Source: Phaeosaccion multiseriatum (Eukaryota; Protista; Ochrophyta, other classes). Taken from it: DNA of 64,000 nt. The translations under genes were made by a program, and so were the position numbers. The notes beneath the pieces were generated by a model, which saw nothing but the letters and a program-made list of their open reading frames with translations, was not told the DNA's origin and searched no databases. The stretch is taken from the NCBI GenBank assembly GCA_965112735.1, contig OZ218962.1, positions 1,860,001 through 1,924,000 of the forward strand, given 5' to 3'. Numbering within the stretch: position 1 is the first letter of the stretch; the number at the start of each line of letters is the position of its first letter. Positions 40,445-51,862 of the stretch are shown piece after piece.

Positions 40445-41664
40445 ATGGCCTCCGCTGCTCCCGAAGAAGCTGCTGTTGCGGCAGCTCCGGCTCCCCCGGA
40501 GTACACCCTCCGCTTCGCCGGGAAGCACAGCGGCTGGGATCTGGGCCGCTTCGACGCGGGCTACAAGAGGGTTGAGGGCAAAGTCGTGCCGGTGCCCTGC
40601 CCAGAGTTCATGGAGCCTTACTGCGCGCCGCCTGTGTATCTGCACGAGGATCACGAACCTGAGGAGTTCAGCGAGGTACGTGCTGCTACTGTTGCTGCTG
40701 CTGGCACTCCTGGAGGTAAAGGGGGCCTTTTTGCTCCCCCTCAACCTCGTCGTTCCCACTAGGTTCCTTGGAGCTGTGAACTACTCTTGACGAGTCCCAT
40801 TTCCCCCACGATATTGGTGGTTGGCTGACCATGTGGTAGCATACTAATCCACACACGACTCGGCTTGGTGGTGTGCCTGCCTGCCCCACTCGCCCTCCCA
40901 CTCACGCCCACCGCCCAGGACGAAGAAGGGGAGGAGGCCCTGGCGAGCGCCAAGCGGTACGATCGCTTCAAGTCGTTTGAGAAGTCGCACTTCCGCACCC
41001 GTAAGAGGAAGGAGCCGGTGTTTAAGCTCGTGATGGAGGACAGCAGAGACTTTGAACTGGAGCACGGCATGAAGTACGAAGGGGAGAAGGTGAGGAGGAG
41101 GACAGACAGACAGGTAGCTTTACTTGCTTGCTTACGTTACTTAAACGTAGTCCATGCCATGATGCATGTGTTTCCATCATCCGATCAAACCTTTTTTTAT
41201 CTTTCCTCAGGTTCGTCCGCCCCTTCCCCCTCCCCCCTTCCACCCACCCACCCACCCCCAACCCATCCTTTCTCCTTCACCCCCCCCCCACCTCACCCAC
41301 AACCCCATCCCCACCCCCTCCCACCCACCCACCCCCCCCTAACACTCAGCTCGTGGCGGGCAGCGGCACCTCTTCCAAGTACGTGTTGTTTGAGATGCAG
41401 GGAGACAACGACATACTCGTCCGCCCGGTGGACCAGTGGTGGAAGTTCAAGCGCCCCCCTCGTGGGCAGCGCTCCGTGTCGGTGAAGGAGGCGGAGCAGG
41501 ACATGAAGAACATTCAGGGGGGGTTCGCCAGCACCACACAGGTATGTAAGGGTATAAGGGTATACTGTGTATGTATGCTTACAGGTGGAGGTGTACGGGC
41601 CAGACACGGCCCCACGCACTCTCTCTCTCCCTCTCTCACACACAGCACACACACGCACGCACAC

Positions 41665-41743
<79 letters not shown>

Positions 41744-43128
41744 CAGATCATCAAGGCGTCGCGGAAACAGCTTCTGGAGAGGGGGCGGAAGGTCGAGTCG
41801 GCTGCCGAGGAGCTCGAGAGGAAGCTGGCTCCAACCAAGTAAGTCAGGAAGTCACCACTGCTCGACTCGCCTCTCGCCAGGGAGGTGTTGGTGGTTGCAT
41901 GGTCTATTTCGTTGTTCTTCACAAACCTGGTGTCTACGCGGGTGTGTTTGTGGATGTGTGTGTGTGCGTGTGTGTTTGTGGATGTGTGTGTGTGTGCGTG
42001 TGTTCGTGGATATGTGTGTGTGCGTGCTTCATGTTTGCGTGTGTGTGTTCAATCATGTGTGTGTGTAGGTGAGTGTGCTATGTCCCCAACGTTCTCATGT
42101 GTGTGTTGTGTGTGCGTGCGTGCGTGCGTGCGTGCGTGCTGTATCACCAACAGGCGTGCTGAGGACGAGGACCTTGACGACGAAGCCAAGGCCGTGGTGG
42201 CGGGCTTTGTGAGCAGTGTGCAGACCGCCAAGGACGACGCGCAGGCGTATGGGCAGGGCAGCCAGGTACAGTCACAGGGCAGGCATATAGGCAGGCGTAT
42301 GGGTAGGGGTGTGGGCGGGGGTATAGGCAGGCATGTATGGGAGGTGTATGGACAGGCGAATGGGCAGGCGTATGGGCAGGGGTATACGCAGGCGTATGGG
42401 CAGACACATGGGCAGGAGTATAAGCAGGCGTATGGGCAGACACATGGGCAGGAGTATAAGCAGGCGTACGGGCAGGCGTATGGGCAGGCAAGCGTGTGGG
42501 CAGGCGTGTCTTTCAAGCCGATTAAGGGCATCCTGTGCATGTTCCTCCTCCTCCTCCTCCTCCTGCTGCTGCTGCTGCTAATGATGATGATGAAACGTAC
42601 CCTTCTTCCCTGCCTCCTCTCCTAATGATGATGATGAAACGTACCCTTCTTCCCTGCCTCCTCTCCTTCCCCTCATCTCTCTTCTCTCTCTCTCTCGGCT
42701 GAGGGCTCACAGGGGCTTGACGACGCTGACGGAGACGAACAGGCTGACGAGACACAAGACAGGGTAGGGGAGAACTTCGGTGAACACGGGCAGGACTTCG
42801 AAGAGGAGGTACGTGGGGGTGGTATGGGAGGGATGTGGAGGGGTAGGGGGAGGGAGGGAGACAGGGAGGGAGGGAGGGACGGAGGGGAGGAGGGAGGGAG
42901 GGAGGGAGGGGAGGGGGGGAGAGAGGGAGGGAGGGAGGGAGGGAGGGAGGGAGGGGGGGAGGGAGGGAGGGAGGGAGGGAGGGAGGGAGGGAGGGAGGGA
43001 GGGAGGGAGGGAGGGAGGGAGGGAGGGGAGGAGGGAGGGAGGGAGGGAGGGAGGGGGAGTTGAGTGTAGCAGTTTTGAGCTAGCTTTATTGGGCTGTATC
43101 ACACACACGCAATCACACACACACGCAA

Positions 43129-43169
<41 letters not shown>

Positions 43170-44202
43170 TATACACGCATGCACACACGCATCACACAGT
43201 TCTCGGACGACGAAGGCAACGTTGGTGTGGAAGCTTCGACGGCGGCGGAGACGGGACTGCTCCACTCCGACGACGACATCAGCGAAGACGAGCTTAAGAA
43301 GACATCAGAACGGCCGGACAGAGGGAATCGCATTGGCGGGGGGGGCAGTAGCGATGACGGAGAGTACTATGATGACGATGATGATGACGATGATGACGGA
43401 GGAGGGGAAGAGGATGACTTTACAATTGGGGTGGCACAGCCCAAAGACGCAGCAGGGGGGGCGGCGGGGGGCGGGGTGAGTGGCAGTAAGGCAGGGGGTG
43501 GCGGAACGGCCTCCTCCTCCTCCTCTCCTGCTGCGTCTGCGGTGGGTGATGTGACGATGGCGGGAGGTGGTGGTGATCGGAAACGAGCAGCGGGGGGTGA
43601 CGGCGGGCCTGTGAGCAAGCGGCCTCGGGCCGGGGCAGATGGTGGAGGGTTAGGGGCAGACGGAGGAGGAGGAGGAGGAGGAGGAGGAGGAGGAGGAGGA
43701 GGAGGAGGAGGAGCAGCAGCAGCAGTAATAGGAGGGGCAGCAGGAGGAGCAGCAGCAGCAGGAGGAGGAGGAGGTGGGGGAGGAGAGGTTAGCTCGAAGG
43801 ACCTGACGGAGGAGATGATTATATCGGAGTTGCGCAAGAGGGGCGGCATGATGCCTCCCAAGGAGTTGCTGCAGGTATGTACGTCATTCATACCCATTCA
43901 CCTACCTTATTCATACACGAAACGAAACTGCAATTGTAACTGCAAGCTGTAACGGCATCTTCTACTGGCTGGCTGGCTACCTGCCTGCCACAGACGCTCT
44001 TCCTTTAGCAATAATATCGAACCCTTTTTTTAGGTCACATAAACTGATACTGAAAACGGCCTGCCACTGCCTGCAGGTATTCCGTGCGGAGATCAAGTCA
44101 GCGGGGAAGCTTGTGATGAAGCACCTTGTCAAGAAGCTCACGGTGCTGTACGACGACCCCGTCAAGGGCAAGGTCAGGCAGCTCAAACCACACTACAAGT
44201 AA
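40445..44202 (+). CDS. GTF2F1: Transcription initiation factor IIF alpha subunit (RAP74/Tfg1-like)
   Basis: YEGEK..SKYVLFEMQG..VRPVDQWWKFK..VSVKEAEQDM; acidic middle with FEEE|FSDDE; C-terminal winged-helix-like LTEEMIISELRKRGGMMPPKELLQVF; TAA at 44200-44202. Confidence 0.78.
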
Positions 44203-45492
44203 TGCAGTACGCGTGTTGGCAGTACGTGTGTTGTTGGAGGGATTGTCATTTGTTCTTCCTTTGCACGACACTTTGAAACTTCAAATATGATAATACTGAG
44301 ACAGAGAGACCGAGAGGCGCGGTGGGATGGTGACGGGGTCCCTCTCACGAGTGATGGAAAGAGACGGGTGAAGGTGAGGTGGCTTGCTTGCTTGCTCTCT
44401 CCCGAGCCCGCTCACTGCAAGTGATGGGTAGTGAGAAATAAGAAAGGAAGGAAACACAAAAAGATAAGGAGAGAGGAGACAGGAACATTCAATTTGCGTA
44501 AGAATCCCCCAAATCGCCCGTTTTTTTGAGATGGGGCGGCAAGGATTCTTTTTGCTGACAAGTACGCTGACAAGTACTCGTAGGGGAGGGAAAAAGCGAT
44601 GAAAGCCGAGAGACTATGGGATCGATAGGCATCTCAAAGAGCTACACGAAGAGCTGTAGCCCTTCTCCCAATGCTGCCAGAGCCAAAAAACTTTTTTCCC
44701 TATAAATGTGTATCCTTTTATCCTTATTATGCGATTTATAAAAGCCTTTGCGTGTCATAATAGTCGGCTTTTGTACGTTTTGTATCTTGAGAAGGGTCTT
44801 TTACCTGTCTGTACGTAGTATGGGCAGAGAGGTGGTGCCGACAAACCAAAACCAATCGGCGGTGGTATGCCGTACGTCATTCTCATCATCATCCATCTCC
44901 CCGCCCCAAGCAATCCATCCAAGCTCGCGTCTCACCCCTCTCTCTCTCTGGGCAAGCAGCTTCTCTCCCTCTCTCCTTCCCTTATCTGCCAATGCGCCTG
45001 TCTCCTGTCCGCGGTTTTGGTCTCCGCACCAACGCTCGCCAGAGCATTCTGTGGACCGACCGACCCCGTCAAACTGTATGTACCGCCCCCCCCTTTCCTC
45101 CTCCTCCGCCTCCTCCTCTCCTCCCCTGCGGGTGCTGCTTTTGCTGCTGTACCACCATCTGCTGCAGTGGTTCAACCCCCCCCCCCCCCTTCCCCCCCCC
45201 CCCCACTCTCCCCTCTCAATCCTCTCCCCATCCAGCCCGTGCGTCACATCACATCAGCCCGAAACCAGACCAGACAAGACCAAAAATATAACATGAGATA
45301 AGATAATGATCAGCGATCGATCAAACCAGACCAGCTCCATTCCCGCCCCGAGCCAAAGCCGCCCCAGCCCAGCCGGCTTCATCTCATAGTGCACAAGTTG
45401 GTGATCGATTGTGATCATGTGCTCTGAATCCTATCCGATGCCATGCCACCCACCCACATCATCAGATGGACCATCACCGTCAGTCATCACCA

Positions 45493-47949
45493 TCAGGACT
45501 CTCTCCGCACGAAGCCAAAGCCGAGCAGCTCTCTCTCATAGTACACCGGCCACTGACTCTTCTCCTCGTCCGTGCCATACTCCGAGGGCTGATTGGTAAA
45601 GTCTTCGTCAAAGTTATTGACCAGGTCATCTCCGGCACTCTCCGGCAAGATGGGTGGGGTGAGCGCCCGGTTATACAGCTTGTCCCACTCCATCTCGGCA
45701 AAGAACTCGTCCTCCTTGACGGCGGTCCAGTTGGCGGCACCCTCGGGAGTGCATCCCAGCCGCTGCGACTCATGCACCTGTTGAGAGCGGAGGGAGAGAG
45801 AGAGAGAGAGAGGGAGGAAGGGAAGGACGCGGGGAGGGGGGAGAGGGAGGGAAGAAGCAAGTGAGTTTGGTATGATTGATGGGCCCGGGGAAGTAAATCG
45901 ATCAAAATACTGTCAAAGATGCTCGCACATGCATCAATCAAACAAACCACGGAACGATCCATGATCTCGACACTCCCTCCTCTCCTCTCTCTCTCTAAAC
46001 TCAAACCGCAGCCAACCCACAACTCACCTGCAGGAGGCCGGAGATGAGCCCCTTGGCACGGTCGGGTACCACCGCAGGGTACTGGAAGGCGCCGTTCAAG
46101 ATGTTCTCACGAATCACCTTTCGCGGCTTGCGAGGCAGCCAGAAGGGACTGCGGCCGGCAAAGAGCTCAAACACAAAGCAGCCGTACTGCCACATATCCA
46201 CACTGATGCCGTATGGAAGGTGCATGATCATTTCGGGCGCGAGATAGGCCTCCGTGCCGCAGAAGGACGAGGTGCGCTGGCTCGTCGAGTACAGCCTGTG
46301 TGTGCGTGTGTGTGTGCGTGTAGAAATGAGTTGAGTTGTTGGAGGGAGGGTGTGGAGGGGGTGATGGAGGAGGAATACAAGATAACGAACGATGAAGAAA
46401 AAAGGGGTGAGCATGCAATGGTGTGAAGGTTTTGTGGTGCGGCTCACGAGATGGGAAGATAAAACCAAAAAGTTCATATAAAAAGGAAAGAAAAAAAAGG
46501 GCAAGGCCGTTCTCCCCGCCCCCCTCTCTTCCCACCCACCTCTTCGCCAGGCCCAGGTCGGCAAGCTTAATGTGCCCAATGTCGTCAAGCAGAACGTTCT
46601 CCGGCTTGAGATCACGGTACAGAACTCCGTGACTGTGCAGGTGCTCTAGGGCCAGCAACACCTCGGCCACATAGAAGGAAGCCATCTCGTTGCGGCGATC
46701 GCGGTGCCTTCGCCAGTGGCGGAACAAGTCTCCTCCGTTCATAAAGTCGAGTCCGTAGTACAGGAAGCGCCCTGATTGTTGCCGTGGTTTGAGTTGGGTG
46801 GGGGATATAGTTAGGTTAGTTAGGGTTGGTTGATGGTTTGTAGCATACGCAGTATAAGTAAGTATACCCAACACACACAAGCATACATCAACCCAATGGG
46901 GAAAATTAAAAAAAAAAAAAAAAAAAAAACTTACGTAAAACAACGGCAGCAAGACACAACAACGCACCTGTCCTGAACGCGTACTGCAAGTTGACAATGA
47001 AGGGGTGCGGGGGCACCAGCTGCATGACCAGGCGCTCGTTCTGCGCGTGACTGAGGTTGGTCTTGGCTGTCAACTGCACCTCCTTCAGGGCAAGAATCTC
47101 CACGGGTCGCTCTGGCTTGATCTCCTCTCCATCCACCATGGAAGTCATAGGTGGCGAGCCTGACAGCACTCCCGTGGTCTTGCGCACCAGGAATACCTTG
47201 CCCCACTGCCCCTTGCCAATCAGTCGTAGCAGCTCGAAGTTTGCCCTCCCCACGCCCTCCGCCGCCGTGGTGCAACCGTTGATCCAGTCGTCACGCTCCA
47301 GCTCCGAAGCTGCACACAGATGCAGCGTTCGGGAGTCTGCGTTGCCCCCCCCCCCACCACCGCCGCCCCCACCCCCTCCACTCTCGCTTGGACTGTCCTG
47401 CCCGGCGAGAACTATCTTGAAAGGGTAGGTGCCATCCTTCTCGCTATGGGCCGCCGCATGGATGACTGCATCTGTGAGGTCAAACCTAGAGTCCCATTCA
47501 ACCACAGGGGCGGCATCTACTCCCGCTGCCCCGCCTTCGCCCCCCTGCGCGCCTTTACACAGGTTGGCAACAGCTATGGTTGAGTTGGCACCCGCGATGG
47601 CCGCACGGGCAGTGGCGCTGGCATCAGGGACCGACGATGAGCGCTCCCCTCCATGGAATATGGAGTCCAGGAAGCCGATGGCGTTACCCTTCTTGCACTT
47701 GTGCAGCAGCAACACGGCCCCTCGAAGCTCCAAGTAATCACCGTCTGAGCGCCAGGCACGCGTGAACCTCGTCCGCCTCCGCAGCGTACCTTTGCACGCT
47801 GGTTTGATGGAGTCGATGAGGATCGGCCGCGCCACCTCTGCAGGCCCGGTGGTCTGTCCGCCCCCCGCCGCTCCCCCCGACTTCGCTTCGCCTGTGGCCA
47901 CCGTTTTGGCCGCCGACATGATTGAAACCACTGAGGTATCCAACTCCAT
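45493..47949 (-). CDS. PH-domain AGC Ser/Thr kinase (Akt/PKB-like architecture), 4 exons
   Basis: PH-like KGTLRRR..LHLCAASELERDDWING; GKGQWGKV, ALKEV, YRDLKPEN, DLGLAK, SFCGTEAYLAPE; AGC C-tail with NFDEDFT. Confidence 0.9.
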
Positions 47950-48988
47950 CAACAATCACGATACGGTGCTCTCACGTCGAGCCCTGACACATGCGAGGCT
48001 CTCTCCACCCCAAGCTGCTGCCGCTGCTGCACCCGGATGGGCACAGCAGCTCGTGCACAACGCCCGACCCTGCCTTGGTGGCCCTGCTCCTGCTCTGCTG
48101 GTGCTGCTATGCCTCTGCTGACAATGCCGCCCCTGCTGCTCTCACCTTTCCACCTTTCCGCCCCTGAGTTCTGCTGGCAGGCACAAGCAGACAAAGCAAG
48201 ATAATAGTGCGATTTCATGAGGCGTGGAGGTGGCAAAGTGGTAGGAGCCACGCTGCTGTTGCAGGTGGGTTGCCTAGGTGGGCAATATGAGCGCTTCGTG
48301 TATCAAAGGTCGGCCAAGGAAACCGATCCAACCGAACATCAGCCCCGCCCCCACGCAGCGGCGAACCCCAGCGTCCTTACGAGCGCCTGCCCCCCCTCTA
48401 ACACACACCACTCCCGCCGTTGCGCTCTCCCCGCTGCTGCCACTTCTCGCCCGACATAAAGCACCATGACCAAACCCAGCCAATTGAAGTTAAGATCAAG
48501 GTTCTCCTAAAGACCCCGCCCCGCCTATCCCGTCCCCGCATCTCCCCCTCTACCACTCACCGATACAGATATCCTCTATGCACAACAGCGGGCAGGAAGC
48601 CTTTGTTCGTGCTCTCTCCCTTCCTTCTCTCGGCTCTCTCTAGATGCAGAGTGCTTGCCTAGAAACCAACACGAACACATAACCTTAAAAAAAAAGATGC
48701 AAAAAGCATACGATAATCGCCTTTCTTCAGGATTCGAACCCGGGGATGTGGATGGCAGCCGACCTGGAATATGAACTCCGCAATGTGATGTGTACACGGA
48801 ACAAGGGAGCAGCGGATCGCAGAGAGAACCACAAGACGAGAGGAGAAGGGAGATCGCGCACTTTTTTATTTCCGGAGGGAGGAGAGAGGAGAAGTGTGCG
48901 TTCTCTTTCTTGAAGCATCCCTTCCCAAGAGGACTTGGAAAACAAAAACAAAACAGCGGTGGGATCGCGGTGGGGAGCGGATAGGATA

Positions 48989-51825
48989 ATGAAGTGGCCC
49001 CCCTACCTGCCCACCCACTTAGAACTCGCCATCTTCTCCCACCTCCTTCCAGAGGACCTCGGTCGACTCAGCAAGGTCAGTGCAAGAAAAGAGAGGAAAA
49101 AGGGGAGAAAGGGAGAAGTGGATTACAACAGAGTGTTTATAATCTCTTTCATCGCCCTCTTCCTCACAGGTTCGAAAAAGTTGGGAGACCACGGAGAGCG
49201 ATGAAGTGTGGGGCCCTTTTCTCTGCACGACGTGGGGAGTCGCGGAATCCGAGGTGCGGCAGCAGTACCAAAGGGAGTAGGGGAGGGAGTGGAGGAGGAG
49301 CGTGGTCCCCTCCGAGCTGGATGTTTACGTTTTTCCCCCTTCCCAAGTGGGACGGTCTACAATTAACTCCTCCTCCTCCTCCTCCTCCTCCTCCTCCTCC
49401 TCCTCCTCCTCCTCCTCCTCCTCCTCCTCCTCCTCCTCCTCCTCCCTATTCCTCCTCCTCCTCCTCCTCCTCCTCCTCCTCCTCCCTATTCCTCCTCCTC
49501 CTCCTCCCCCTCCTCCTCCTCCTCCTCCTCCTTCTCCTCGTCCTCCTCCTCCTCCTCCTCCTCTTCCTCCTCCTCCTCCTCCTCCTCCTCCTCTCCTCCT
49601 CCTCCTCCCCCTCCTCCTCCTCCTCCCTCCTCCTCCTCCTCCTACTACTACTATTCGTTCTGCTGCTCCTACTTCTTCTACTACTACTACTGCTACTACT
49701 ACTGCTGCTACTACTACTATTACTACTACTACAACTACGACTACTCCTGGTACTCGCAGGGGGGCGCCATGACCGACTGGCGGGGCGAGACGCTACACCC
49801 CCCCTTGAAACAGGCGTGGCTGGGCTGGCAGAAGCAGTTCAGTGGCTATCCCGGTGAGTGGCGCGTGCAATCGACTGACAGACAGACAGACTGACTGATA
49901 GACAGGCAAACAAACACCGGCCCGACCGATGGAAGAGGGGGTGGGCGCCGCGATAGGGCGGGGAATGATCGTGGTTGGAGCTCCACCCTTGAGATGGAGG
50001 AGTCTCCAACCCCCCCCCAACCCTCCTCCTCTTCTCAATCCCAACAACGAACCCAGCGATCCCAGCTCTGACTATGGTGGCCTCGCCCCTCCCTCTCTCT
50101 CTCTCTCTCTCCCTCCCTCCCTCCCTCCCTCCCTCCCTCCCTCCCTCACCCCCCTCCCCTCTCTCGTTTGGACGGTGTGGATGGACAGCACCTCTAGTGA
50201 AGCGTGCGCACGTCTTTTGGCTCACCCTCAAGGCCTTCCTGCGAGACACCGCCCCGCACATCCTGCCGACCCTCCTCCCGGGTGTGCAGGACTCAGTTCT
50301 AGACATGTGCGTGCGTTGCAGTCGTCAGTTTGCTTTCTATCTTGACCCTACCCCATCCAGCCATGATCATCGCGACCCCTATAACCCGGGTGGGTGGTAT
50401 GAACTATGACCCCAGGAGGTTGTACGTACATACGTACGTACCTACGTACCCTACCCCCTGTCCGACCCCGTGTACTGAGACGTGCGTTCTGTGGCGGCCT
50501 CACTTCACAGGGCCGAGGGATCGCTGGGCTTCGAACTGTCACCCGTGGTGCGTCTGCTCTACCGCTTCCACAACGGCCAAAGCTTCGGCGCAGGCAAGCC
50601 AGAGCACGGTATCTTCGGAGGCTATGGGTGAGTAGTGAGCAGTCAGGAGTGTGTGAGACTAGGGTGGAAGAAAGGAGGCCGGGGAGGAGGGGGGGAGGGG
50701 GTGTACCGCACAGAGAGGCAAAGGAGGCAGAGAGTGAAGGACGAGAGATGGAAGAGAGAGAGAGAAGGACAGGGAGGAAGAGAGGCAAGGCGGGGGGATA
50801 GGGCAGTGGCAGCGATAATCGGTGGAGGAGGAGGAGGAGAGAGGAGGAGGAGCAAGTGCGGAGAAGCAGCACAGGTCAGAGATAGGGCACTTCCTGCCCA
50901 CACGCGCAGCGCAGGGAGGAGTATGCAGGAAGGTTTCTATCCTTGCTGTGTTGTTCAAGCCTCTTTTGAGCCGCTCTTAACCTTGCCTTCCCCGACTCCT
51001 CCTTCTCCTCTCTCTCTCTCTCTCTTCCCTCTCTCTGCCTCCTCCTTGCCGCTTCTCTCCTCCCAACCCCACTCCTACTCTCTCTTGTCTTGTTCTCTCC
51101 CAACTCAGCTTTTATGACTTCGTACGTGTGGGGTACTTCCTGCCCCTCGCCTCTGCTGTTGGAGTGTCCATGCGTTATCTCAGCGATATCCTTCAAGACT
51201 CTGGTGAGTGCCACGTGTCAGATCAGGAATCAGGCTTCCTCAGTGCCAGGTGTCAGGTGTTATCGCCTGGTCAGTGGCCGCCTCCGCCTCGGTCCTGTGC
51301 AGATTGTATCAAAAAGGCTCTCAACTCAGTGCGTCGTACACTGTATCAATTTCTCCAACATACCCCCACCGCTTCCGCAGGGGCTTCAACCGTTCTCAGT
51401 TCCTCTCCGTCCCCTCACGCACTCTTCTCTCTCACAAACACACACTCAGTCGCTCCCTCCCTCCCTCTTTCACTCCCTCACTCCCTCACTCACTCTCCCC
51501 CTCTCTCACTCCACTCACCGACTCTACTCAACTCACCCACTCCACTCACCCCCACTCCCTCCCTTCCTCCCTCCCTCCCTCCCTCCCTCCCTCCACCCCA
51601 GAGACCAAGGCCGTGCTGCTTGTGGGCAGCATCGACCGCCGCATGGCTTGCGACACCGGCAGAGGCATATGGGTCAAGTGCTCGGGCGGGGAGGATGTGG
51701 GTCGTCTTGGGGGGGCGGAGGAGTGGGAGTCTGCCATAAGGAACGACAACAATGACAACAATGGTGACGACGGGGACAACGACGACGCCGTTGCTGCTGC
51801 TGGGCCCGCCGTGGCTGTATCACCA

Positions 51826-51862
<37 letters not shown>

